Origin: Tubulanus polymorphus
Lineage: Eukaryota > Animalia > Nemertea
NCBI RefSeq assembly: GCF_964204645.1
Contig: NC_134026.1
Location: forward strand, 12,423,950-12,487,949
DNA: 64,000 nucleotides
Direction of reading: 5' to 3'
The notes beneath the pieces are model-generated. The model ran no database searches and was not told the DNA's origin. It was given only the letters and a program-made list of their open reading frames with translations. Shown here in pieces: positions 14,001 through 26,284 of the stretch (its first letter is position 1; the number at the start of each line of letters is the position of its first letter). The position numbers and the translations under genes were made by a program.

Positions 14001-15599
14001 TTAAAAGATAAAGAATTGCCTTCATCTTATGTTCAGCTTTACAGTATGTTCCCTGCATACAAAAATACAAATCCTACATTCAAATGATTAATCCAAGATT
14101 CTACTACATATTCACTACAGTTGCATTGAGATCTCACTGACATCACACATAGTGGTTGCTAAGACGTCTCAATTGTCTAGCTCGGTTAAGGTCGAGGTTA
14201 CAGCTAACAAACACAGTTACGCAATGGTGACGGACGTCTGGATTCGATACGTAATTAAACTGATATGCTAATCAGCCACGTTCAGTGGCCCCACTGAAGT
14301 TCATTACTTGTTTGTTCCTTGTTCCTTATTCAGATTTCGTCTTTACCGGTTCAGATTTTCTTGCTACTTATTGAGAATTCATCTCCCAATAAGGAACAAG
14401 TCAGATTTTCTCACTGTTACTTATACGCCAGGTGGCGCTGGTATACACTATGCCGTAGTCCAGACATTTTACGTAACTATGTCTACTCTGCTGATAAACA
14501 AACTCGACCTCGACCTTGACAACAAATCGCCAGGTGATGGCGCGAGCCAATCCAGACGTCTAAACACGATTGCGTATGCGACCGCGAGAGCGGTCAGCTG
14601 TAGCTTTACGTCAGGAGTTTAATAAGTTGCGTCTATTAATATCTTGGTTTAAAAACGTTCGTATTGCTCGGTCGTTTTTCTCGTCACCGAATCGACCTTT
14701 ATATGTTATTCGCCTCTTTAACCATTTAATCAATTAACCATCGATTGTTACCGAGCCCTTAACAACAGAGAAAGTTTCTAACGAAAGTTATCGAATCCCC
14801 TCATCAAGAAGTAAATATCTGCAAGCCCATGAAATTGAAAGATATAAAATAAACAGATACTTTCTGCCCGCCTATCTATCAAATTCCATAGAAAAGAACA
14901 TTTTTTCCTCAACCGAAAATGGCTGGAAATGAGAGCGCACATAAATACGTATATATATATAAAAGCTTCAGTTACACACATGTTTTAATACTATTCGATC
15001 AGATTGCTCTCAATACTTTTAATACGAATACGAATATTCATTACACTCCAATCACTTCTATGGTATATGGAGGAGGAAAAACAGCATTCATTTAGGAGGT
15101 AAATGAAAACGTATCTTAAAACATAACAAACATTATTTACGGAACATACTATTTACATATTACCCGATGGATTCATATACATCTAAAGGTGTCCCCCCTT
15201 TCGAGTTTAGAACATTTATATTCCGTGGTATTATACCGGTACCTTCTGAAACATGGCCATGGCCGCGACTGCACATCAATACCCGGCATTGCGATTTCCG
15301 TGTTACACTTATATATAAAAAATGTACAACGTAAGGTAAACGGAGATCGGGAAAACACAAACGATGAACGCTTTTACGGTTCGCAGCGCTTTTACGGCCG
15401 CAAAATATGATCTACTGATCTCAGAAAAATTATGTGACCCAAGCCTCAATAACCCTCATCCCCCTAAATCTCTACATATTTCCACTGCTCTCTGGAATGA
15501 TGAGATAAAAGAATAGAAATCGACATCAGTAGCACCAAAGCTAACCGTACCATTTTTTCTCACTACTTGAAATAAACTATGCGCAAAGCCAGAGAAAAA

Positions 15600-16400
15600 T
15601 TTGCGATTTAGAGAGAGATAAATACAATGCAACACTCATCATCGATTCGATACAGCAGTTGCAGGCCTATTTGAATACTTGTAGTAACGCGCGGTCGATT
15701 GATGCGCGCGGGCAGTATCTTATCTTCAAGCACAAAACTATCGTATTGTTTCCAATAATTAATTGTTACATGTTTACACTCTTTGCGTAAAAGTAACGAC
15801 ACATCTGAATTTCTTCCGGAAAGCAAAGTAAAATTAGGTGACAATTGGAACTATTTAATTTCGCGCATTGAAACATACATACGCTTTAAGCGGCGTGATC
15901 ACTACGCACAATAGGGAGCATTTATTAATTGCTAGAAAAGCGATAAAGCGACTCAACTTGTCGTGTTGTATTGCTATGATACTTAACACTGCATTTTCAC
16001 ATTAATTTTGTGATCATACGTACTAATTTCCCCTGGAGCGGTGCCCCGGCAACAGTGCGTCAGCAACAGGTGGGATTCTCACGCGTATCTCATTGAGCGG
16101 TGATGAGTGATAACAGATATCAATTTCTTCACACGGTCAGCTTTTCCGATATCAAAATAGTAGGTCAGCATCATTGCTTGGTGACGTAGCTACGATAGTC
16201 CCAGTTGATTGTGTCATCACGTCTGGCGCAACCTCGGAAATCCTCTCGATGACAGACACTGTCCAATAAACTTCGGATCGCCTCTCTGGCGCCATACTTG
16301 CCTGGGTTTGATTGCAGCCCACCGAAACTCTTGCTTCAGCGTCTCAAACGTTTTTTCTTTTGGCCACATGGCCAATGAATTGTACTTTTCGTGATTGATA
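15600..16400 (-). pseudogene. Relics of a Gypsy-like pol/integrase
   Basis: Fragments YWKQYDSFVLEDKIL, KTFETLKQEFRW (H2C2 region) and PKFIG..VIERISEVA (GPY/F-like) in shifting frames. Confidence 0.45.
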
Positions 16401-17314
16401 AACGCAATGCTTATTTCGCAAATGAATGATAACTTATAAATGCGTCGTTCATTTATTCTTCACTTTGTTTACACAGTTCACCAAACTCACTGTTGCTTTT
16501 TTCACGGTATGTCGGTGATAAACCTAAGCACGTATGCGCTCTCTAGCCCATATACGTATACAATTGATAGTCATAATTTGTTCCCTCTTATATATCACGG
16601 CTATATGATGCATCCACTAACATATATGTTTATCATATCATATACGATGGCACCAACAATACTTTAGAAATCATTAATTAAAAAAATCTTAAATACCCCT
16701 TTTAAAAGAATAGAAACTAAGTAAACAGTAAGCTTTCAACAGAGATGACGTCAGGAACACGTACCTGCACACATCTAGATACAGTGAGCACCTGCTCAAA
16801 CTGCCGATTTATAAGTGTATTTCAGGAAATGACTGAAATGATAATCAGTAGCATATTATAACTTGTGAACATATTACTTCATAGAAAAAGTATGACATGA
16901 TATTCTATTAATTGTACATGTGCCCTTTAAGCAAGTAGAATCAACATCGCGGATTGAATCCTTCATTGTAAAGGAAACTGAAACTGAAACTTCACTATCA
17001 TTAAGTTCCAAACTTTGTTTTTTTTTCATTCCAGAAATTATATAACTATGCCTTTAAAATTCCAATAAATCGACCCTCTAAACCTTCGACCTTCATTATA
17101 TATGACTCATCAACGATATTCGAGATATATCAAAAATTTTGAAATTATGTACTTTTACAAAGGAATTCCGTTGGTAGTAATAAGTTGGAAAACTGTTCCG
17201 ATTCGACTTTTTTTACTAAAACACCCTAAATCGATTCGGCGCTATGGTTTAAGTTACAGCGCATCATCAAATACATCGAAAAACCAACCGATGACCTCTC
17301 GTAACATCTCTATT

Positions 17315-17586
17315 CATGGCCGTCGGAACAGGGGCGGCAGGGGCGGCCAAAGCCGCCCCACTTTTTTGCTTAACAAAATATTTTTCAAAAGCACGCTGTA
17401 CCGCGTAGCAGCTCGTCGTTCTCTGTACTAGGTGGTTGGCTCACGGCTTCTCATGCTTCTGTGAATGAGACCGTGAAATGGCCCCAAAACGCATCTCCGG
17501 CGATTGAATTTTCAAAATTTTTCAAGGGGAGGGCCCCTAAACCCCCTTCAGAAATAAGCCTCGCCACTTTCCTTCCGACGGCTCTG
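17315..17586. mobile_element. MITE (~270 bp)
   Basis: TIR CATGGCCGTCGGAA / TTCCGACGGCTCTG with a flanking CTATT direct repeat. Confidence 0.65.
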
Positions 17587-20500
17587 CTATTACCTTTTGA
17601 CAGCCGGACATTTCATTCGTTCCAGGTTTTCTATTCTCACATGGCGCGAGTATACGATATTCCTCAGTCCAGACGTACTTACGTAACCATGTCTCGCCTG
17701 AGATAAGCGATAGCTAACCTGACCTCGGTCACTAGGCTAATCGAGACGTCTGCGTGTGCAGATTTCAGTAGTTTCACAGTTGCTATGCAACCACAGTAAC
17801 CATTGGATTAGAATACATATGAATATATTTACCCACACTACAACCCTTTCTTCCAAATTATCCACATGTTTTCGTTTTCTGTTGTGTTATAATATTTACG
17901 GAAAATAATACTAAACAAAAAAGGCGACTATAGGTATGTATATGTAGGTGATTTAGACGGTGGGCGGACGTCTCGATCGAACGCCTGTTTATTTGACGAT
18001 GTCACAATTTTGATCTTGTTGATCGCATTTTCACCAGGGTCGGGTTTCGGGTTTCACGAACGGGAATTTAAGCTCCCCCTAATTCCGGTGTGCATAATTA
18101 GCGACGGGGCTGGTCATTTTATTAATGATAGTTTTTTCATCGTATAGGAATAATGCAATAATTAATTTGGAATTAACTTCGGAGTTAATTACAATTAATT
18201 CACTTTTCCCTAATTAGCGTTTGTGAAAGAGATTTAATCATCGAATTCACTAACTAGAATAAAGCACTTTCAATTCGAGTTATCACCTAAACCGGGCTCA
18301 GGGCATTAACCCATTTGGCTGTGGGAAAAACTACATATCACAAGTCACGCGTACAATCTATCTCGTAGCTTCATACACTCATATCGGAATGATGACGTAG
18401 TAGCAGCAGCTGGCAGTTTTTAAAAGGAAAGAAATTTCCGAGGATTTCGCTTATTTCACAAAACCTTCAATGAATAAAAGAAGATATTGTGAGTTGCTGA
18501 GTCAAAGTGCATGTCAACGCTCCGGGCAACGCTCGCGGTCAGCACACGTGGTTGCGCGATGTGTTTAGACGTCTCGATTGGCCTCGTCTCGACTGGTGGT
18601 CAAGGTTGCGGCTAGCACTTCAGAGCAGACACCATAGTTACGCAATCATAACATTTACCTGTCCGCAATAGAGTCGAATCGAATAAGTAGCCAGCTTCTT
18701 ATTTTGAATTGGGAGCCGGGAACCGGGAGCCGGCTACTGGTTCCCGGTTCCCGATTCGGCTCCCGATTGAAAATGATTTTCAAATATGTTGACAATATTT
18801 CAATACACATTTCAATAGCCAACTTCATATCGCTGACAAAGGTAAACCAATCAACTAACCCGAATTAAGCATTTTCCATTAGAATTATCACCTAAACCGG
18901 GCCCAGGGCAGAAGAACTGCTCACATCGCGCAAATGTTTGTTTTCATCATCGCGCGCAGTGACGTCACGCGGAAAGTCCAAACTTAATGGTAGAAAAGTC
19001 TACCTAAACTTTATCGTATCGGCACGAAATCTATTCGTAAACACAGATCAGACCATCCTCTTTCAATCCATACCACTCAACGCGTAATCGAAGCCACACG
19101 AACGGAGATTACGCGCTACAAAGTTAATACGCTATGGCTTAGCCACTTATAGTATAGAATATAGTTGCATAGTAACTGTGTATATTGAAGTCACACGCGT
19201 GTTGTTAATTCAGACGTCTCGATTAGCCTGGTGGCCGAGGTCAGGTTGCACTCATTTCAGCAGACATAGTTACGTAATTATGTTTACCTGCTGTCCGCAA
19301 TAGAGTCGAATCGAATAAGTAGCCAGCTTCACATTTTGAATCGGGAGCCGAACCAGTAGCCGGCTACCGGTTCCCGGTTCCCGGTTCGGCTCCCGATTCA
19401 AAATGATTTTGAATCGGGAGGAAATCGTCACACGCGTGGTGTTAATTCAGACGTCTCGATTAGCCTGGTGGCCGAGGTCAAGGTTGCACTCATTTCAGCA
19501 GACATAGTTACGTAATGTTTACCTGCTGTCCGCAATAGAGTCGAATCGAATAAGTAGCCAGCTTCACATTTTGCAATTGAGACGTCTAAACAACCATCTT
19601 ATCTCTGCGCCAATGTTAGTGGTCTCACTGTTTTACCATGCAACCGTGGTAACTATTGGATTAGAATTTTGTGTGCGCTCTCATCTCCAGCTATTTTCGG
19701 TTTAGGGATGAGAAAAATGTTCTTTTATGTTTTCTATGGAATTTGATAGATAGGAAAATATTAAGTTTAATAGAATATTGAAGTGATTGTTTTTTCATCT
19801 TTGACAATGGATTTACCCTGCATGAAGGGTGATTTGTGATTTATACGGCGGGCAGAAAGCGTCTGTTTATTTTATATCTTACAATTTCATGGGCTTGCAG
19901 ATATTGTTTTCTTGGGGATTCGATAACTTTCGTTAGAAACTTTCTCTCTTGTTAACCCTTTCAGTGCTGACTAATCAATACCCTATAGCTCGGGAACAAT
20001 CGATGGTTTATTGATTAAATGATTCAAGAGGCGAATAACATATGAAGAAGTCGATTCGGTGATGAGAAAAACGACCGAGCAATACGCACGTTCTTAAACC
20101 AAGTTATGTTATTAATAGATGCAGTTTACTGACGAATAGCTACATACAGCTGACCGCTCTCGCGGTCGCGTACGCAATCGTGTTTAGACGTCTGGATTGG
20201 CTCGCGCGGCATCACCTGGCGATTTCTTGTCAAGGTCGAGGTCGAGTTTGTTTATCAGCAGAGTAGACATAGTTACGTAAAATGTCTGGCCTGCGTCATA
20301 GTGTATACCAGCGCCACCTGGCGAATAAGTAGCCAGCTTCACATTTTGAATCGGGAGCTGAACCAGTAGCCGGCTCCCGGTTCCCGGTTCCCGATTCGGC
20401 TCCCGGTTCAAAAGCATTTTGAATCGGGAGCTGAACCAGTAGCCGGCTCCCGGTTCCCGATTCGGCTCCCGGTTCAAAAGCATTTTGAATCGGGAGCCGA

Positions 20501-20935
20501 ATAAGGAACCGGGAACCGGGAGCCAGCTTCACAGGGGTTATAAAACATGATTATGAGAGCAACTTCTCTTTTGTCGACACGTTGAAATAAATCCTCGCAA
20601 GCGCGAATTTATTCTAATTTTTTTTTCTCACTCGACCATTCAACCTTTAATCTGAACCCCCATATTCCCTATTACTCTTAAAATTTCATGTTTTAAAAGT
20701 GAGAGTAAAATGTAAGCATAATAATCTAGAAAAATAAGATCAAATATAGATTTCGAATGATAAAATATAATTTTTAGCATAAAAAGTAACGAGTAATTAA
20801 CGAGTGAAATAATTCATATTTAAATGATTGAATATTTATATTTATATGCGTTAAATTCTTATTTTCAATATAAAAAGAAACGAGTAATTAACGAGTTGAA
20901 GAAAATATCAATTTTAATAAAAATATATATTATAC

Positions 20936-21715
20936 ATGGAGCCGGAACAATTACAAACTATCAATATTACAAATAGTGTTATAAATATTTATCATAAGAA
21001 ATGTGTGTGAATTGAATAAGTCATTTACAGAATTTAATAAACATAAAAAATCTAAAGATGGTAGGCAATGTTATTGCAAAACTTGTAATAAACTATGCAG
21101 TAAACAATATCGAGCAAATAATCCAGAAAAATGTAAAGAAAAAGATAAACAGTGGAGAGAAAATAATCCAGAAAAGTGGGGAAAGCTTATAATAAACAAT
21201 GGAGAGAAAATCACCCAGATTATATGAAAGAATATATGAGAGAATGGAGGGAAAATAATAGAGAGAATATAAATAATTAACAAAATGAAAGGTATAAAAC
21301 AGATTTTAATTACAAAATGAGAAAATGTTTAAGTTCAAGATTAACACAATTATTCAGTAAAGATAAACACTCAGTTACACTATCTATTTTGCTAGATTGT
21401 TCAGATGAATTCTTAAAATCATGGATTATATATCAGTTTAATGGTGAAATGAATATTAATAATTATGGCGAATATTTCCAAATAGATCATGTGTTACCAA
21501 TATCTAAATTTAACATGAGTGATGAATACAATAAAAAGTCAATTTGGAATTGGAAAAATTTAAGGCCTTTAGAAAAGAAAGAAAATAAAATAACATTTAA
21601 TAAACTAGATTTACAATTTTATTTAGAACAGTTAACAACGGCAAAGAAATTCATTGAATTATGGAATAGTGATCCAAATAATGAACAATATATTGAATCT
21701 TTATTAAGCTGTTAA
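20936..21715 (+). pseudogene. NCLDV/phage-type HNH endonuclease with N-terminal CxxC zinc ribbon, frameshifted
   Basis: C..CELNKSFTEF...KDGRQCYCKTC, ENNPEK repeats, then LDCSDEFLKSWI..QF...NYGEYFQIDHVLPISKF...WKNLRPLEKKEN. Confidence 0.75.
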
Positions 21716-21920
21716 AGAATAATATAATTCAAATAAAATTTAATAAAAATTACATATCTTCAACTAGCCATTATTTCTATTATATTTTTAAAAAAAATCT
21801 ATTATTTCTTTTCAAAAAGGGAATACTTTATATCACAAATAAAAGATACTAAAAAAACAATTAAAAAAACTTTTTTTAATCACTCATCACCACAAGTAAT
21901 TTTGTCCCTAATAAATACAA

Positions 21921-22717
21921 ATGGGAGATAGTGAGTACCAGACAGAAAACAATGATATTAATAAAAATCAATATTATTGTACATATTGTAAAAAATACAT
22001 TGATAAATCTAATAAATCTCATCATGAAAAAACTGCAAATCATATAAAAAATGTTATAGATGTTGAAACTCCAGAAAATTCCAATGAAAGAAAAGAACAA
22101 TTAGAAAATATGAATGTGGATGAAATAAAATGTGAAGTTTGTAATGAATTTATAGCAAAAAGGAATTATAAAAGACATCTCGAATCACAAAAACACAATT
22201 AAAATTTAAGTAACAAAGTTTTAGGAACAGATTATTTTGATGATAAACCTCAACAAGTAAAAAAAAACCAGTTTCAAAAACTAAATCTATTTCAAATAAA
22301 CCTTACATGGAAAATGTTTGAAATTACATCGATTCACTAGAAATATAAGATACAATTGAAATTTTAGAAATATTACGCATTAAAATTGGACCTGCGGCTA
22401 TTATATTTAGATTTTTTAAAGGAGCAACGATAGAAGATTATGGTAAATGTATTGAAATCATGGAAAAAATACTAGATTTCGTAACAGATGTTGAATATCC
22501 AAAAATTAGTATCTCTGGGAAAGTAAGTTTTGTAAAATCAAAAGAAAAAATGGATTATAATATTCAAACACACTCTGAAGAAATAATTTCAAAAACACAA
22601 ATAAAAGAGAAATTAGAAAAAATATTTAATTAATTTAAACGTCATATTGAGGAAAGATATTTTGAAGGTTCTGGCTTATCATTAAATGGAATTATATTTT
22701 TAGATTAAAATGTTTAT
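21921..22717 (+). pseudogene. pPolB N-terminal region of copy C (C2H2 fingers and terminal-protein region), interrupted by Polinton B
   Basis: YYCTYCKKYIDKSNKSHHEKTANH, IKCEVC..RHLESQKH, DVEYPKISIS, EERYFEGSGL...NVY; a divergent paralog of the ORF starting at 23322. Confidence 0.85.
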
Positions 22718-22865
22718 AGTAATAGGGAATATGTTGTTCTAGATCAAAGGTCGAAAGGTCGAGTGGGTAGAAAATGAAAAATAAATTCTCGCACACTCGA
22801 ATTTATTTTTCATTTTCTACTCACTCAACCTCTCAACCTTCTAGAACAACATATTCCCTATTACT
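22718..22865. repeat. Terminal 148-bp palindrome of Polinton B left TIR
   Basis: AGTAATAGGGAATATGTTGTTCTAGA...GAAAATGAAAAATAAATT [CTCGCACACTCG] AATTTATTTTTCATTTTC...TCTAGAACAACATATTCCCTATTACT. Confidence 0.95.
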
Positions 22866-22924
22866 CTAAAAATATTAATCTAATAACTTCTAAAATCAAT
22901 TTTAATAAAAAATATGTTATTAAA

Positions 22925-23278
22925 ATGGAGAGTAAACAAGTACACAGTGAGAACAACAAATCATTTCTAGATAGAATTAAAGGTATCACAAATGTAAAAT
23001 CTGTAGATTATAAATTCAAAAAGTTAACAGAATTAACAATTCATGAGAAATATCTAATTACAAATATTGATACAGTTACTTACAAATATGGAGATAAATT
23101 AGTTATCCACTTAGAATATGAAGGATTAAAAGGAAATACATATAAATTCAGAACATATTTACCAGATAGATTTCATAGTTTGTCAAGTGAAGATTTAGAA
23201 GAATTATGTTCTGGAGATTTCTATTTCATATACAAAGGTAAGAATGAAAAAGGGCACCATGAAATAGATTTCGAATAA
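22925..23278 (+). CDS. 117-aa TIR-encoded Polinton protein (possible OB-fold ssDNA-binding protein)
   Basis: Intact ORF with a beta-rich pattern KKLTEL..KYLIT...KYG..LVIHL...YLPDRF...IYKG. The function is inference only. Confidence 0.7.
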   Translation: MESKQVHSENNKSFLDRIKGITNVKSVDYKFKKLTELTIHEKYLITNIDTVTYKYGDKLVIHLEYEGLKGNTYKFRTYLPDRFHSLSSEDLEELCSGDFYFIYKGKNEKGHHEIDFE

Positions 23279-23321
23279 GAAAATATGTAAAATCAATTTT
23301 AATAAAAAATTTGATATTAAA

Positions 23322-24398
23322 ATGGAAGCAAATAAGTACTACTGTTCAACATGTAAAATTGATATAGATAAATCTCAAAAAGCAAGACACAATAAAACTA
23401 GAACACATTTAGAAAATAAATTGAAATTAGAATATAAAGATGATATATTAGAAAATAAATTAGAGGAATTGAAGAATGAAAAAGAAACATACAAATGTGA
23501 TGCATGTAATCAATCATTCTGTGATAAAAGATATTATAAAGAACATTTAAAATCTAAAAGTCATATTAGAAATATGAATAATGATATTTTAGGTGAAGAT
23601 TATTTTGATAATGATAATGATAAGAAACAGAAGACAATTAAAAAAATAAAAAATAAATTAAACAATAAAAGACCATACATGGAAGATGTAAGAAATTATA
23701 TTAATTCATTAGATAATGAAAAAGAAGTAGAGATAACCGAAGCATTCAAAAGTGATATTGGCCCAGCAGCTATCGAGTTTAAATTTCATAAAGGCAAAAC
23801 ATTAGAAGAGAATAAAAAGCATTTAAAGAATATGAAAAATATTATAAGAATAATTACTGATGTTGAATACCCTAAAATAAGTATATCTTTTAAAGTTAAA
23901 TTTATAAAATCTGAAGATAAACCAATTTATAATATAAATTCTCATTCACAACATATTATTTCAAAACAGCATATAGATGATAGATTAGATAAATGTTATA
24001 ATGAAATAAAAAGTAAAATAGAAGAGAAATATTTTGAAGGGTCAGGCTTAATATTTGATGAAATAATATTTATGACTTTACATGTTTATAACACAAAATA
24101 TAATAAGTTCACTAAATCAAAACCATCTGATGAAAATAATTTATCATATTATAAAGATGATAATATTAACGGATCAAGTTATATCCAATTACCATTTAAA
24201 ACTAATGCTGTTATAAATGTACAAAATTCTGATGATAAATGCTTTCTATGGTCAATAATTAGTTGCTTACATCCTGCAACTGATAATATTTGTAGAGTAT
24301 CAAATTATAAACCATTTGAAAATAATTATAAGATAGACAATTATCCTGTAAGAATTAAAAATATCCCAAAATAGAAAGAGATAATAATATAAAGAATA
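23322..24398 (+). pseudogene. pPolB of copy B, 5' part (zinc fingers, TP region, vOTU-like Cys motif)
   Basis: Closely similar to the ORF starting at 61246; NVQNSDDKCFLWS. Interrupted by the Helentron at ~24395. Confidence 0.92.
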
Positions 24399-26284
24399 TA
24401 GCTGCAAAGCAGCGATAACGGGTTTTCTGAGCAGGCGTGCTATTCATAATTTGAAAAGTGGATAATAGAAATATATCAATACGGGATACGCATTTGATGT
24501 GTCAAGTCACACCAATGCGGTTTAACATAACATAATTTATAGTTATAGTCAAATTGGGGGTAACTCGGGTCGTTTAGTTGTCTGTGGAGTTGAGTAGATT
24601 GGTTACCAGTCTGTAACGTTGGTTACGGAAACTACTCGTCAGCTTGATGAGTTGTATGTATTATGATCGTGCGCCACCTGCATTTTCCGAAATAATGTTC
24701 ATATGATTATTTCAAGGGACGATTGAAATCAATTATCAACGTACATCTGAATATGTAATAGTCCTTAGTAACTTTCTGTTGCAGAGGGCATAGAAAAGAT
24801 TTTGAAATTATTTGATTAAAATATGAATTTTATTTACGAAAAATAAACTATTATGGTCAGTACAAATTGAAAATTCATAGTGTATTTTTAAGAACAAGCT
24901 TACATAGCTTACAGAATACATCACGTACATTTGAATTTTATAAGTGATGGGTAAAAATCAACGTGTGACAGAAAGAAATGTAGTTAATTATTTAACAATA
25001 TCGAAATATGTGCTCTCTTTTTAAACTAACGGAGTGATACGCAATTAATCACATGGCCTGTATTAAAAGATAGAACATACAAGTTGGATATTTATAAGTC
25101 GAAACATGTGAACAGAAACTAAAACTTTGATGTCAGTGACATTTTGAACTTTTGAATGGTCGAATCCCATTTATTCACAGTAACCTGTGATGTGGCGATT
25201 CTCGGAGCCATCCTTCTTGATGACGTCACTAACAAGTGGTCACGGCCGTACGCGTGCACTCATTTCTTTGAAAATCTAGCTTCCTCGCGGAGCGGGACCT
25301 GGTGACGCTGCGCCCAGCCCCCTTCGCGCTGAGAAATATCTTATTCCCAGTCGGAAAACGATCTTTTCTAACTCTCATAACCCCCTCCGTTTCTGCACAT
25401 GCGCGGGAGTTTCCGGATGTAAACAAAAAGTGACGTACGCGGAAGTAAAAGCACGTGGTAAAGTTTTCTTGCTTCTACCTCGGTGGTTCGAGTCCCATAG
25501 CAGTCAGGCAGGGAGAATAGTTGAAGAGTTTATAAGCGTTTATTGAATGTCATTTTAATAAGTCGTTATTCATTCGTTTAGCCTTGTCTTGATTAAACCG
25601 CCAATGCATAACTGATGGGTTCAAAATCCAAAAGAAAACTTTAACAAGATAAATTTATTCATGTCAATATTTCAAGTATTATTTTATATTATAAAAAAGT
25701 AACAAACTGCAATTTGTCCTTTCAGCATTAAGTAATTAAATTTCGAACAAATGCAGTAATGAGTTATGAATAATTAATAATGATAGTTATTATAAATTTC
25801 GATATTAATATATAAAATCTACCACAGTTTGAGGTCCTCCATTTCGGAGTTGACAGTGAAACCAGTACAATATAGGCTAAAATGATACCTTGTTCCATAA
25901 CTGACCCGGCAGCTATAGAATTGAACTGATTATAACTTATTGGAGTTTACAAAAGTGACCCGACCGATTAGGAGAACAAGGTATCATTTTATTTTTAGCC
26001 ACAGATCTAAAAGTATTTAGGATGCTCAGAAAACACCAAAACAATGAAAGATATTGAAATATGAGTACAAAAACAACGTTATTTTATAATATACAGTAGA
26101 CTCCGCTGGAATCAGAAAAATGTTCAACTCAGATAGTTGTTTAAATATTTTTTGTTACATTAGCGAAGGAATACATAACATCCACTACTCTGTAAAATAT
26201 AAACATTGTGTAAACTGACAAGAAACAAACAGCTTGATGGCCAGGGAACTACTATCCATCAATAAATAAATGAAAAAGGTAAAC

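Larger units (their letters stand above)
10685..20538. mobile_element. Foldback/MULE-type non-autonomous element, 9854 bp
   Basis: Ends ACCCCTGTGAAGCTGGCT...AGCCAGCTTCACAGGGGT. Perfect 9-bp TSD TATAAAACA (10676-10684, 20539-20547). ~0.8-0.9 kb TIRs contain GGGAACC/GGGAGCC tandem repeats, and a further inverted block pairs ~11630-12220 with ~18200-18790. No transposase ORF. Confidence 0.9.
20570..22717 (+). mobile_element. Polinton copy C, left part (inner half of terminal palindrome, HNH gene, pPolB 5' part)
   Basis: Loop and inner arm of the terminal palindrome end CCCTATTACT at 20676. pPolB continues at 55523-55771 after the B insertion. Confidence 0.85.

Noticed and set aside
22718-22865. 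Terminal palindrome as an independent MITE
   Set aside because: No TSD flanks the unit itself; the duplication GTTTAT pairs 22717 with 55523, i.e. the whole Polinton.
25877-25992. Short inverted repeat TAAAATGATACCTTGTTC...GAACAAGGTATCATTTTA
   Set aside because: Probably a small MITE relic; no TSD or family could be established.
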